DNA from: an uncultured Pseudomonadales bacterium
GTDB taxonomy: Bacteria; Patescibacteriota; Microgenomatia; UBA1400; PJMF01
DNA length: 64,000 bases
Direction: 5' to 3'
Assembly (NCBI GenBank): GCA_964607285.1
Contig: CAZSJW010000002.1
Span: forward strand, 5,669 to 69,668
The first letter of the stretch is position 1. Every line of letters begins with the position of its first letter. The notes below the pieces were generated by a model that saw only the letters and a program-made list of their open reading frames with translations, made no database searches and had not been told where the DNA came from. Position numbers and translations under genes: made by a program. Shown here piece after piece: positions 1 to 9,448 of the stretch.

Positions 1-1
1 A

Positions 2-178
2 AAAGCTATTGCCCGAAGTGATGCGCACACAGTTATTGGTGGTGGTGACAGTTTAGCAGCCGCTGAACACTTTGGTTTAGAAATGAAATACTCATACAGT
101 TCAGCAGCTGGTGGTGCAGCTCTAGAGTTTCTGGGTGGAAAAGTTCTTCCAGGCATTAGGCCTTTACTCAAAAAGTAA
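2..178 (+). CDS. pgk: Phosphoglycerate kinase, C-terminal fragment (5' end lies outside the window)
   Basis: Frame-2 translation ...[48 protein letters not shown] matches the conserved PGK C-terminus (GGGDS...GGGA.LE.L.GK.LPG). Confidence 0.6.
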   Translation, partial: KAIARSDAHTVIGGGDSLAAAEHFGLEMKYSYSSAAGGAALEFLGGKVLPGIRPLLKK

Positions 179-290
179 TACAAAGTAGATCAACTTTGCA
201 CTCTCAGACAAAAACACTGCATCTGATTATTGACACTACACTCTGCAAACCGCTATTCTGGAGTATGTCGCAACAGGTGTACTTGTTTGC

Positions 291-2531
291 TTGAGTGTGA
301 CAAAAAAACACATGATCAACGGAATTTCATCATTCGACCAAAATCCAGCAACTGGCTCATCTGACGCTGCAACTCCAGTTCAGCCAACTGTTGCAACACC
401 GATGGCTCCACCCACACCTGTAATTCCACTTTTGCCTAGAAAAAAAGCACCAATGCGTGCAATCCTATCTGCAATTGTCATGGTTGTTGTTTTGATTGGA
501 AGCGGTTCAGCCTATTACTTATCTCAGCAGAGTGCTGATGTACGCAATCAGGCGAGCACTGGTTCAACTTTAGTGCAAGAAGATGCTGGAACTCCTACTG
601 CTCCACCCCCTGGTGGATATAACATTCGCTGCTCTTCGCTCGGAAGTCAAACTGGCAACTCGTTTGCAATTAACTGGGATTGTTGGGGTGGTGAGCATTT
701 CCAATGGGCACGCCCTGATCGAATTGATTGGCCAGGGTACCCAGCACCTAAGCCATGGAAAATTGCTGGTTGGCACTGTCCACGACCTAATACTAGTGAT
801 CCAAATAATCCAAAGACCTGTAATTATGGAGATCCTGGAGCTGTTAGAGTTTTCATAACTGACAAGAACACTCTTAGTTACGCACAAGGTCGGCGGGATG
901 GCAATGGCGGTGACGGCTCACCCTGTGACATAAACAGCCCAGATCAAACTCACTGTGTATATCATAACGTTACCAGCTCTACTATTTCGGCAAACGCCTA
1001 CAACAATTGCGGTTTCTTTCAAGCCGATATTTTCGTTCCACATCCAAGTGGTCATCCATGGGATTTTGGCGGAACAACTAAATACCAGGTCTTAGGAGCA
1101 TTTGTCCATGATTTCGGCAACTATGATAATTGCCAACGTGTATTCTGCCCAAGTGCTCCAACAGCACAATGTGTGTATGAAGCTGATGGTACGATTTCTG
1201 CTAATGTAGCCTGGCAAGATAATGGGGCTCCTGTTGGCACAAAGTACATCATCCGCGCTGATCATCAACCAGGAAATACCGCACAGTGCCAAAACACCAC
1301 AACACTACAACCAGTTGGCTGGTACTGCCCTGCAGCAGGAGCAGGAACCAATTGCTACGTCAATCAAACCTGCAATGACCGATTTGTCTACGCTACAAAA
1401 ACCGTTGCTACAGCTACCACTACAGGTCTAAAACTACCCAATCTTATAAACGGTGACACCTATAGTTGGGCAGTCCAAGTTGATCCTAATGGATGCCGAA
1501 TTGAAGCGGGTACATTCAGATGTGCACTGGCAACTCCTTCGCCATCACCTTCGCCATCTCCATCGCCCACCCCAACACCTGTTGTATATAGTTGTAACTC
1601 TGTCTGCAACAACGATGCACAATGCCAAACTGCAAACGCGAACTACTTTTGCTACAAACCATCGATCACTGGCACAACACCTACCGATGATGCAGCTGTG
1701 GATACAAATAGGGCTGTTCTCGGTGTAAATACCGATGAACAATCAACAAGCAGGCAGGTAGCTGCATTAGCTCCCGGAACAGGCGTTCTTGGCAATTGTA
1801 GGCTTAAATCGAATCAAACATCAACAACTTGCCAAGGTACAGTGCCCACACCGAGTCCCACTCCTAGACCAACGCCAAGTCCTACTCCTAGGCCAAGTCC
1901 CACCCCTACCCCAACCCCAGTGGTCGGACCAATGTGTATCAGCATCACACTAAATAGTCGAAACAATCCTCCTAAACTCGGTGACTCTATCACGCTGACT
2001 TGTGGAGCAGTTACAGGTGTCACTGAGTACGAATTCAGAATTCGACAGCCTGATGGCCAAATCATCCCGATTAGCTCACTTAATGGCAGTCGAACCTCAG
2101 TGGCATACCAAATTTCGAGCCAAGGAAAATATGCTGCCCAATGTAGAATCTGTGTGAATAACAATAAGGGAGTTCCAATCTGTCAGGAGTGGGAACCAAT
2201 GCCAGGCGCACCAGCACCAGCCCCGACTCCTACTCCAGTTAGTTGTGTACCCATGCCGCCTTGCGTCTTTGCTCAAGCTTGTGACTTAGCTGAGCCAGTT
2301 GAAGGCTGGTGTCCAGCTAGCCCAGTACCTACTGCATCTCCAGTTGTACAGTGCTCAGATGAAAAGTGTGCGCAAACTGTGCTCTGTTTTGCAGGTGGAT
2401 ATTCTTACTGCAGCACAACACCCCCTACTGTGGGGCAATGCATCTGTCCTGACGGCGCACCACAGAATAAAACAGATGCAGAACAAGCAGAAGAAGCTGC
2501 AGCAACAACACAAGAAACAAAAGCAGAATAA
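291..2531 (+). CDS. Large membrane-anchored surface protein with Pro/Thr/Ser-rich linkers and a six-cysteine module
   Basis: 746 aa. N-terminal cytoplasmic stretch then one TM (AILSAIVMVVVLIGSG), i.e. a signal anchor. Has PSPSPSPSPTPTP and PTPSPTPRPTPSPTPRPSPTPTPTP linkers, many Cys, and one 'YSCNSVCNNDAQCQTANANYFCY' module shared with the next gene. Confidence 0.55.
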   Translation: MSVTKKHMINGISSFDQNPATGSSDAATPVQPTVATPMAPPTPVIPLLPRKKAPMRAILSAIVMVVVLIGSGSAYYLSQQSADVRNQASTGSTLVQEDAGTPTAPPPGGYNIRCSSLGSQTGNSFAINWDCWGGEHFQWARPDRIDWPGYPAPKPWKIAGWHCPRPNTSDPNNPKTCNYGDPGAVRVFITDKNTLSYAQGRRDGNGGDGSPCDINSPDQTHCVYHNVTSSTISANAYNNCGFFQADIFVPHPSGHPWDFGGTTKYQVLGAFVHDFGNYDNCQRVFCPSAPTAQCVYEADGTISANVAWQDNGAPVGTKYIIRADHQPGNTAQCQNTTTLQPVGWYCPAAGAGTNCYVNQTCNDRFVYATKTVATATTTGLKLPNLINGDTYSWAVQVDPNGCRIEAGTFRCALATPSPSPSPSPSPTPTPVVYSCNSVCNNDAQCQTANANYFCYKPSITGTTPTDDAAVDTNRAVLGVNTDEQSTSRQVAALAPGTGVLGNCRLKSNQTSTTCQGTVPTPSPTPRPTPSPTPRPSPTPTPTPVVGPMCISITLNSRNNPPKLGDSITLTCGAVTGVTEYEFRIRQPDGQIIPISSLNGSRTSVAYQISSQGKYAAQCRICVNNNKGVPICQEWEPMPGAPAPAPTPTPVSCVPMPPCVFAQACDLAEPVEGWCPASPVPTASPVVQCSDEKCAQTVLCFAGGYSYCSTTPPTVGQCICPDGAPQNKTDAEQAEEAAATTQETKAE

Positions 2532-2538
2532 ATAAACC

Positions 2539-3756
2539 ATGTTAGAAGCAACGAACCAACCACAAGCGTTCTACACAAAAAACCCAGCTGATGCGCAGCC
2601 AGGCACGGTCTCTTCTGGTGCCAACACAGCATTCAATAGCGCTGGACCACACCCAGCATCGGCGGCTCCTACTCCGCTAGGTTCACCTCCAAAGAAGCAA
2701 TCTGGAAAAAAACTACTAGCTGTGCTTGTGATCGCACTATTTGCGATAGTGGCAAGTGTAGGTGTATTTATTGCTATTAGACAACAACAAGTTGCTGGCC
2801 CACAGGCACCATCTGCACCAACTTCGAAACCTGCCGCCGCTGAGTTTAAATCACAAACATGTACTATCGAATGGGAAGTAGGACCTGAAGCATCTCCAAT
2901 TCCTACCCCAACTCCAAAGCCAACACCATCACCAACTCCAAGCCCAACTCCGAGTCCTATTCCTACGCCAAGCCCGACTCCAATACTAACTCCAACCCCG
3001 TCACCATCACCAAGTCCAGGTGCTATAGTCTGTGGAAGCACCTGTACCACAGATGCACAGTGTGAAACCATAAATGACAGTCACTACTGTCATCCAACTC
3101 TCAAGGTTTGTCGTCTGGAGTCCAACCCAACTAACGCGCAGTGTGCTCCAGTTGTGTTGCCTACACCATCACCGACTCCTTCACCCTCACCAATTACTTA
3201 TAGTTGTAACGGATCATGTACAACCGATGCACAGTGCCAAACTGCCAACTCAGACTATGTATGTGACGCAACGGCGGGTAACAAATGCCGACTTGATAGC
3301 AATCGAACTAACACAAGTTGTGAACCGGCAGTAGCAACCTATGCTTGCGGAAGTACTTGCTCCACAGATGCACAGTGCCAAACAGGTAACAGCGATCACA
3401 TCTGTTATAGTGGCGTATGTCGACTCAGCAACAACCCAACAGCAGACAACTGTCAGTCGGTAGCGTATATCCCACCGCCTCCAGCTGTGGGATGCAATGA
3501 AACCTGTAGCACTAACTCAGATTGTTCGAACAGTAACCATATTTGTTACACAACAGCAGATGGAACTAACAAGTGTCGCCTAGCAAATTACGTAAATAGT
3601 GACACCTGTACTGCTCCACAAGTAGCATATGTACCACCAGCTCAGCCTGAGCTACCTGCGGAGTTACCAAGATCAGGAGCTACAGATTTTATGGACTGGA
3701 TTAAAGCAGGGTTAGTGACACTCGGTATTGGTGCAGCTCTTCTGCTCTTGCTCTAA
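2539..3756 (+). CDS. Surface protein with an N-terminal TM anchor, PT-rich linker, five tandem 6-Cys modules and a C-terminal hydrophobic tail
   Basis: 405 aa. TM KLLAVLVIALFAIVASVGVFIAI. Repeats CGSTCTTDAQCETINDSHYC..CRLESNPTNAQC / CNGSCTTDAQCQTANSDYVC..CRLDSNRTNTSC / CGSTCSTDAQCQTGNSDHICYSGVCRLSNNPTADNC / CNETCSTNSDCSNSNHICY..CRLANYVNSDTC. C-terminus LPAELPRSGATDFMDWIKAGLVTLGIGAALLLLL. Confidence 0.55.
   Translation: MLEATNQPQAFYTKNPADAQPGTVSSGANTAFNSAGPHPASAAPTPLGSPPKKQSGKKLLAVLVIALFAIVASVGVFIAIRQQQVAGPQAPSAPTSKPAAAEFKSQTCTIEWEVGPEASPIPTPTPKPTPSPTPSPTPSPIPTPSPTPILTPTPSPSPSPGAIVCGSTCTTDAQCETINDSHYCHPTLKVCRLESNPTNAQCAPVVLPTPSPTPSPSPITYSCNGSCTTDAQCQTANSDYVCDATAGNKCRLDSNRTNTSCEPAVATYACGSTCSTDAQCQTGNSDHICYSGVCRLSNNPTADNCQSVAYIPPPPAVGCNETCSTNSDCSNSNHICYTTADGTNKCRLANYVNSDTCTAPQVAYVPPAQPELPAELPRSGATDFMDWIKAGLVTLGIGAALLLLL
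3037..3612 (+). repeat. Coding tandem repeat: ~40-aa six-cysteine module, consensus C-x3-C-[TS]TDAQCQT-x-NSD-[YH]-[IV]C ... C-R-L-x-[SN]N-x-T-x(3)-C
   Basis: Four to five successive copies are visible in the translation of 2539..3756. One diverged copy is in 291..2531 (nt ~1598-1860). Confidence 0.5.
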
Positions 3757-3780
3757 GCTAAATACCTACTATGGAAGTAC

Positions 3781-3812
3781 TAAAAGGCCGATGAAAATCG
3801 GCCTTTTTTGTT
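3781..3812. terminator. Rho-independent terminator, bidirectional, between convergent genes
   Basis: aaaaGGCCGATgaaaATCGGCCtttttt: 8-bp GC-rich perfect stem, 4-nt loop, A-run on one side and T-run on the other. Confidence 0.65.
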
Positions 3813-3840
3813 TTTAATAATTTTTTTTATTACCAAATTT

Positions 3841-4437
3841 TTAGGGAACTTTGTGAATTGCAGGAGATGCAATTGGAGTGATCTGCATATCCTTTGTTAT
3901 AGCAGGCGTTGGCGTGACTTCAGGGACAGAGGGTTCATCTGGTTCAAACTCAGGAGTCGGTGTAGCTGTAGAATGCTTAACATACGTTAAAGTAAGATGC
4001 AGCGTGTCTGAGTACTGATCAACTGCTGAAATCCTGAATGATGCTTTGCCTTCTACTTCTTTCTTGGCATACAACGTAGTTCCAGATGCAAACATTCGCT
4101 CATCGATATTATTTATCTTTTCACCAGATTCATTAGTTATTGTTACATTTACAGGGTTAAGTATCACAAACTTGCTACCTTGAGTGCCTACCTCCACCAT
4201 GGACCAATCACCTAAAACTACATCATACCGGTTTTGACTTTGCAAAATATCAACTTGCTTGTTACATTTTTTGCTATCAAACCAGCTTGGACATTCCTCA
4301 TCAAACGTTTCTATCCCGACAACAGCACCGCATGCAGGAAGAAGCAATGCTCCAGCACTAGCAAATGCTAACCACATAAAATCTCTCCGATTCACACGTA
4401 GAATTTCTTGATTGTTCATTGACATATTGTTTTCCAA
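3841..4437 (-). CDS. Hypothetical exported protein with a twin-arginine-type signal and possible lipobox
   Basis: N-terminus MENNMSMNNQEILRVNRRDFMWLAFASAGALLLPACGAV, i.e. RRDF followed by a hydrophobic core then L-L-P-A-C-G. No recognisable catalytic motif. Confidence 0.4.
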   Translation of the reverse strand: MENNMSMNNQEILRVNRRDFMWLAFASAGALLLPACGAVVGIETFDEECPSWFDSKKCNKQVDILQSQNRYDVVLGDWSMVEVGTQGSKFVILNPVNVTITNESGEKINNIDERMFASGTTLYAKKEVEGKASFRISAVDQYSDTLHLTLTYVKHSTATPTPEFEPDEPSVPEVTPTPAITKDMQITPIASPAIHKVP

Positions 4438-4464
4438 TTTTCTACTTTTTACTAGTATAGATGA

Positions 4465-4938
4465 CTATTGTTGCTCACTCACCACTGTATCTCCCTGAGG
4501 AAAAATACCCGCTGCTGCAACTGCGTTTCCCAGTACTGCTGATGCTAAAAGTGAAAGTAGTATAAATGAGGTTTCTGAGTACGCAATGAGATACTCAGCG
4601 GCAACGCTCAGAAACGCAATGAGCACTATGCCCTTAGCAAGCATAAGCTTTTTTTCAGGGTCACCTATAGTCTTTGTCTGCCCTAATGTTTGCAGAATCT
4701 GACACAGGAGAAAAAAACCGATTGATACTGCAGCTACTGGCAGTATGTACTCCAGGTGGCCCTGGTTTTCCCATACTTGATTTGCTGCATCCGTCTGCAT
4801 TTTATCAATACTCAGTAAGTATGAACGTATTACTACAACAGGCGCGACAGTACTCAAAAGGCGCCAATCCCAAGGAATAGTTGAAAGATCGACTAAGAGC
4901 TTCATCAAAGTGGGCAGCTCATTGCGGTTTTTTATCAT
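4465..4938 (-). CDS. Hypothetical small membrane protein
   Basis: 157 aa with several hydrophobic helices (e.g. VAAVSIGFFLLCQILQTL, IVLIAFLSVAAEYLIAY). No motif recognised. Confidence 0.35.
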   Translation of the reverse strand: MIKNRNELPTLMKLLVDLSTIPWDWRLLSTVAPVVVIRSYLLSIDKMQTDAANQVWENQGHLEYILPVAAVSIGFFLLCQILQTLGQTKTIGDPEKKLMLAKGIVLIAFLSVAAEYLIAYSETSFILLSLLASAVLGNAVAAAGIFPQGDTVVSEQQ

Positions 4939-5039
4939 ATCTTCAAATTTCTACGTATTATATATACTTATTGGGATTTGCAAGTCAAGAAGACCTTTGC
5001 ACTGTTTGATTGTTTTCGGTCGGTATATACTAGCTATTC

Positions 5040-6830
5040 ATGTTCTCCCCATCACTTTCATCCTCAGCTTCCTATTCAGTGCGGGCGTTTATAAGTGACC
5101 TCAGGTCAGCTATTCGTCCATACCGTGGTACCTTTCTATTAGGTGTTTTCTTACGCATCACAAGTGACATTGCTGACTTGTACCCTGCCTGGGCGTTAAG
5201 CAGGATTGTGGTCCTTCTGACTTCCGAATCATACTCTTCTGATTTATTAGTTCGACAGCTACTGCTTCTCATGGGCGGGTGGTTCATCGTGGTGGGGTAC
5301 TACAGCGTTGCGCATGGAGCTGCAAAATGGTTTGGGTACCAGGTAGCCGAAAGAGTTGCTCTTGATGTCCGTCTAAAAGCCCTAAAGCACATTTTTTCAC
5401 TTGATATAGCTTGGCAAGAAAAAGAAAACACTGGCAATAAGATCAAACGTATCGATCATGGGAGTCGGAGCCTCGATACTGTCATTCGTATCGTGTTTGA
5501 CGTCATCATTGAAGCTTCACTGAATACTATCGGTATGCTGCTTATTTTCTCGAGTCTGAGCTGGAACCTAGGTATAGCAATGTTGTGTTTCATGCTGTAT
5601 TACTTCATTGTTTCCTCTCGGCTTACAACTAAAGCTTCAAAACAAGCCACAGTGGTCAATGGACTGGAGGAAGATCTGGAAGGCTTGAGCTATGAGTCAC
5701 TAAACAACATAAAAACTGTCAAATCTTTGAGCATCCAGAAAACGCTTGCTGAACGCCTAGGAAAACTGACTGAAAATACTTACAAAGCCATCCGAAAACG
5801 AATCTGGTTGTTTAGACTCCGCTCAAGTATCTTGCACCTCTCATACTTACTCTTTGAAGCATGCATGATCGTATATATCTTGTATGAGATCTTACAAGGC
5901 AACCTATCAGCTGCAGTACTAATTCTGTTTGTTGGCTATTTTTCAAAAGTTGAAGAAGCAATATCAGAGTTAGCTGAGGTCACACATGAGCTGGTTATCT
6001 GTAAAGTCCAGTTTTCCAGGTTAAAAAGTATTCTAGATACGAAACCAACCATTGAAGGAGATCTCATCACAGCGCAACAAGTTGCAATGCCTGCAAATTG
6101 GCAAACTATTGAGCTACGGAATGTATCGTTTTCGTATGAAAATAAAGCCATACTCAATTCGTTCAACCTATCTATTCGGCGAGGTGAGAAAATTGGCATT
6201 GTTGGTTTATCTGGGGCAGGAAAATCAACTCTATTTTCTTTACTCATGGATTTATATGAGAACTATGAGGGAAGTATTCTAATTGACACAGTGCCATTAC
6301 ATAGAATTGATCGCCACGATTACGTAAACCACATCGCGGTTGTCTTACAAGAAACGGAACTATTCAACTCTACACTCGCAGAAAATATCATCATTGGCAG
6401 TCAGCCAGGAAGTTTGTTGAACGAAGAACGCCTAGCTGGAGTAATAAAAAATGCTCACCTTACTGATGTACTAGCTAGATTACCAGAGGGCGCGCAAACA
6501 GTGATTGGCGAAAAGGGGGTAAAATTATCAGGCGGAGAAAAACAGCGACTTGGCATAGCACGGGCTCTGTACCGCCAGCCAGATTTGTTACTGCTTGATG
6601 AAGCAACCTCTCATTTAGATGTGGAGTCAGAGCGAAGAATTCAAGACTCATTACATGAGTTCTTCAGACAAGTTACAGCTGTGGTAATAGCCCATCGCTT
6701 ATCTACAATCAAGGCTATGGATCGAATCCTTGTCATGCAAGGTGGCAAAATTGCGGAGTCAGGGAGTTTCTCTGAGTTACTGCAGGCAAAGGGAATTTTT
6801 GCGCGGCTGTGGGAGCAACAAAAGCTGTAA
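5040..6830 (+). CDS. ABC transporter, fused permease/ATP-binding exporter (MsbA/type I exporter architecture)
   Basis: N-terminal TM domain. Walker A GLSGAGKST, ABC signature LSGGEKQRLGIARAL, Walker B LLLLDEATSHLD, H-loop AHRLST. Confidence 0.85.
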   Translation: MFSPSLSSSASYSVRAFISDLRSAIRPYRGTFLLGVFLRITSDIADLYPAWALSRIVVLLTSESYSSDLLVRQLLLLMGGWFIVVGYYSVAHGAAKWFGYQVAERVALDVRLKALKHIFSLDIAWQEKENTGNKIKRIDHGSRSLDTVIRIVFDVIIEASLNTIGMLLIFSSLSWNLGIAMLCFMLYYFIVSSRLTTKASKQATVVNGLEEDLEGLSYESLNNIKTVKSLSIQKTLAERLGKLTENTYKAIRKRIWLFRLRSSILHLSYLLFEACMIVYILYEILQGNLSAAVLILFVGYFSKVEEAISELAEVTHELVICKVQFSRLKSILDTKPTIEGDLITAQQVAMPANWQTIELRNVSFSYENKAILNSFNLSIRRGEKIGIVGLSGAGKSTLFSLLMDLYENYEGSILIDTVPLHRIDRHDYVNHIAVVLQETELFNSTLAENIIIGSQPGSLLNEERLAGVIKNAHLTDVLARLPEGAQTVIGEKGVKLSGGEKQRLGIARALYRQPDLLLLDEATSHLDVESERRIQDSLHEFFRQVTAVVIAHRLSTIKAMDRILVMQGGKIAESGSFSELLQAKGIFARLWEQQKL

Positions 6831-6835
6831 GACAG

Positions 6836-7312
6836 TTACATGAATGAAGTTGTATTTTGCTGGTAGAGAACAACACCGTCTACTCTACAGCCAGTGCCAC
6901 CATCTAAAGCAAGTGGTCTAGCAATGACGTAAGAGTCACCGGGTTTGTTTAGATCAACACTTTGAGTTTTTTCCTCCGTTTCAAATAGTGTTCCACCTTC
7001 ACCATCTACACCCATCCTCACGTGTGATATCTTTTTACCACCACTCTGAGTTATCTCAATTTTCCCAACGGTGTCTTCTCTTTTTGGATTGGGAGAGTCG
7101 CTTGTTCGCAACACATATTTGTCTCTGTAACCCGGTGGCGTTAAGTCAATTTTGTACCCTGCTGGCACTTCTTTTTTTTGTGCAAAAATCAGGCTGTTCA
7201 AAACTTCTTCCATTGAAATTTTTTCAAGTTGTAGGGGTGTGGGGAAGTGGTAGTACACAATTGCCATAGTGAATCGAGTATAGAAGTTGGACTGCCTAGA
7301 AGCAATTGTCAA
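6836..7312 (-). CDS. Hypothetical protein
   Basis: 158-aa ORF packed between the ABC exporter and the phosphoesterase. No motif recognised. Confidence 0.35.
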   Translation of the reverse strand: MTIASRQSNFYTRFTMAIVYYHFPTPLQLEKISMEEVLNSLIFAQKKEVPAGYKIDLTPPGYRDKYVLRTSDSPNPKREDTVGKIEITQSGGKKISHVRMGVDGEGGTLFETEEKTQSVDLNKPGDSYVIARPLALDGGTGCRVDGVVLYQQNTTSFM

Positions 7313-7333
7313 TATACATTAAATAAGAACATT

Positions 7334-7882
7334 TTATAGCGACACCTCAATAACTTGAGATTGATGAGTTCTAATCAGAGTTGTGTTCTTGTAGAGCAGC
7401 ATAGCGGAAGGACTATCATGTCCACAAAAAATGTAACTTGGTTGTGTTCTATCAACATATGAGCGTACTGCCCGTGAGCCAACATGAACTTCGTCACCAG
7501 GTGTGTCTAATAAACCAAACGGAGCAGCGTGCAGTAAAAGTATGTCCACTCTGGGGAATTGACTCAAGTCGTTCTTTGCCTCTTCTTCACTAAACTGTGG
7601 ACCACCATTTTTTTTGTATCTTGGACAACCTTGATAACCACCAATGGTAATACCGTTCCACTGAACAACCTGTAAGTGAACATTCTGTATTCCTAACTGT
7701 TCTAAATACCCAGGTGTACAGTGGTTGCCATAAACGCCAAAGGAAGGCTTAGATGATAGTTCAGCCTGGATTTCAGTGAAATCATAAATTGATAGATCCC
7801 CAGTTGTAAATAATAAGTCAGCTTGGTGATAGCGGTCCCTGAGTTTTGGATCGTGCTGATCTGAGTAGTGGAGGATATTCAT
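7334..7882 (-). CDS. Calcineurin-like metallophosphoesterase
   Basis: Motifs HYSDQHD, TTGDLS and YGNHC in the expected D-x-H / GD / GNH order. Confidence 0.5.
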   Translation of the reverse strand: MNILHYSDQHDPKLRDRYHQADLLFTTGDLSIYDFTEIQAELSSKPSFGVYGNHCTPGYLEQLGIQNVHLQVVQWNGITIGGYQGCPRYKKNGGPQFSEEEAKNDLSQFPRVDILLLHAAPFGLLDTPGDEVHVGSRAVRSYVDRTQPSYIFCGHDSPSAMLLYKNTTLIRTHQSQVIEVSL

Positions 7883-7918
7883 ACAGGTACTGAATTGTGA
7901 TTACTATATTAGTTTAGG

Positions 7919-8185
7919 CTAGTCTTGATTTGTTCTATTTCGCCTATGCTCTTCTCTAGATTGCTTGATGAAGTCTTGGTGATTTGAATTGGGATCATAG
8001 TATCCTATGTCCTCCGTTGTCTCAGGATCACCCAAATACTTTTTATATAGAGCAGCTAGAAAAGGAAACCACCTGGTTGGCTCACGTGTGCGCTCTGTAT
8101 AGTTGTTCAGCCTAGAAGTTTCTTCGGGAGTGAGTTTACTCATAGGGTGCCCTGCAGGTGGGATTGTTCGTGTCAATGTGAACAA
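7919..8185 (-). CDS. Hypothetical small protein
   Basis: 88-aa ORF. Function cannot be inferred. Confidence 0.25.
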   Translation of the reverse strand: MFTLTRTIPPAGHPMSKLTPEETSRLNNYTERTREPTRWFPFLAALYKKYLGDPETTEDIGYYDPNSNHQDFIKQSREEHRRNRTNQD

Positions 8186-8247
8186 CGCTTATGTTATTAC
8201 GAACCAAATTATAGATGAATTCATCCAAACTATAAAGGATTGGCAGA

Positions 8248-8868
8248 TCATTTTTGCTGACTTTCGGTCTTTTCTGCCTCCTGCTTACGCACCAGCTTAT
8301 ACTTCTTAGAGTCTTTGTATAACGGATGATTCTCGTAATAACCACCTCCGCTGTTGTAATCTTTTACTTTTTCAGGAGTATCGAGAGGTATAAGAGTCAC
8401 TTCATCGCCTCCAGCAGTTTGTAATTCTATGTAATCACCCAAGAAATGCTTATTAAGAGCTTTATCGTAAGCGTATTTGTCCATGCCTTCAGTTGCATAT
8501 GGAATACGCCAAATTAAGTCGTGTGGACGTTTGTACTGCCTGTATTTAATCCCTGTCTCCTCATCAGTAAAATCCTCTATTTGTTTTACATATCCAGATT
8601 TGAGGTGTTTTTCAATGCCAATAAGGGAAAACTCCTCTCTTGCTTTGGCATCGGCAGCAGAATAGGCATCAGTTAATACTTTCATTTTTAGCCATACCCA
8701 GTCACCCTCGCCTTCATTTAGTTGTTTCCAAACTTTCTCTTGCTGTTCTTTTGTACCGTTGGTGAGAAGGTGAACTATGGATTTGTAGATTTCATCAAAG
8801 GAATATTTAGGAGTTGTTGCATCATCATTTGTCTTAGTTGTAACAGGTTTGGCTTTCTGTTTTCTCAT
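8248..8868 (-). CDS. Hypothetical protein at the distal end of the R-M operon
   Basis: 206 aa, charged and Lys-rich, same strand as the upstream operon and separated from it by 10 nt. No motif recognised. Confidence 0.35.
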   Translation of the reverse strand: MRKQKAKPVTTKTNDDATTPKYSFDEIYKSIVHLLTNGTKEQQEKVWKQLNEGEGDWVWLKMKVLTDAYSAADAKAREEFSLIGIEKHLKSGYVKQIEDFTDEETGIKYRQYKRPHDLIWRIPYATEGMDKYAYDKALNKHFLGDYIELQTAGGDEVTLIPLDTPEKVKDYNSGGGYYENHPLYKDSKKYKLVRKQEAEKTESQQK

Positions 8869-8878
8869 AATGCTGACT

Positions 8879-9448
8879 TTAACTGACGGTCATACCTTTT
8901 GATTTCAAATCTTTAACAAGCTCTGCGTAATTAGGGAGTATTGATGCCACCAGATTCCAGTACCTCCTTGAATGACTGAACTCTTTAAGATGGCATAGCT
9001 CATGCACGACTATGTAATCTGCTAAGTGATCAGGTAATAATACAATTCTCCAATTAAAGTTAAGGTTTCTTTTCTTTGAACAGCTTCCCCAGCATGTTTT
9101 TTGATCCTTGATAGTAATCTCATTAAATTTAACTTTCAATTTCCTGTTAAAGCGTTTTACTTTCTTCTCAACTACTTCTAAGGCTTTTACTCTCAGTGCT
9201 TTATCATCCATGTCCGTAATAATTTGAGGCTGGTTCTTATGCAAATCTTCAAAAAAATCCATTTTCTCCAATACCCAGCGTGATTTTTGCACAAGGTACT
9301 GATCAATATTATTTTCTCTGAGGTGATTTGGGGCTGTAACTACGAAGTCCCCAGTGCAATAGACAGTAAGACGCATCCTCTTTGCTCTCTGGCTACGCTT
9401 GAGGGTGTATGCAACTTCCCGATTGTGTAGCAATATTTGTTTTTGCAT
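8879..9448 (-). CDS. DUF45 / YgjP-like (WLM/SprT-like) zinc metallohydrolase, commonly linked to hsdR
   Basis: HExxH motif in VVHELCHLKEFSHSRRYW. The start overlaps the hsdR stop (9448). This family typically follows type I hsdR genes. Confidence 0.65.
   Translation of the reverse strand: MQKQILLHNREVAYTLKRSQRAKRMRLTVYCTGDFVVTAPNHLRENNIDQYLVQKSRWVLEKMDFFEDLHKNQPQIITDMDDKALRVKALEVVEKKVKRFNRKLKVKFNEITIKDQKTCWGSCSKKRNLNFNWRIVLLPDHLADYIVVHELCHLKEFSHSRRYWNLVASILPNYAELVKDLKSKGMTVS

Noticed and set aside
1520-3010. Possible CRISPR array suggested by short periodic nucleotide repeats
   Set aside because: The periodicity is 6-12 nt (CCNACN-type codon repeats) inside long ORFs, not 25-40-nt repeats with unique spacers. 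No cas genes are present.
1814-3071. Minus-strand Gly/Val-rich ORFs 1814..2164 and 2571..3071
   Set aside because: Antisense shadows of the Pro/Thr/Ser linker-coding repeats of the plus-strand surface protein genes.
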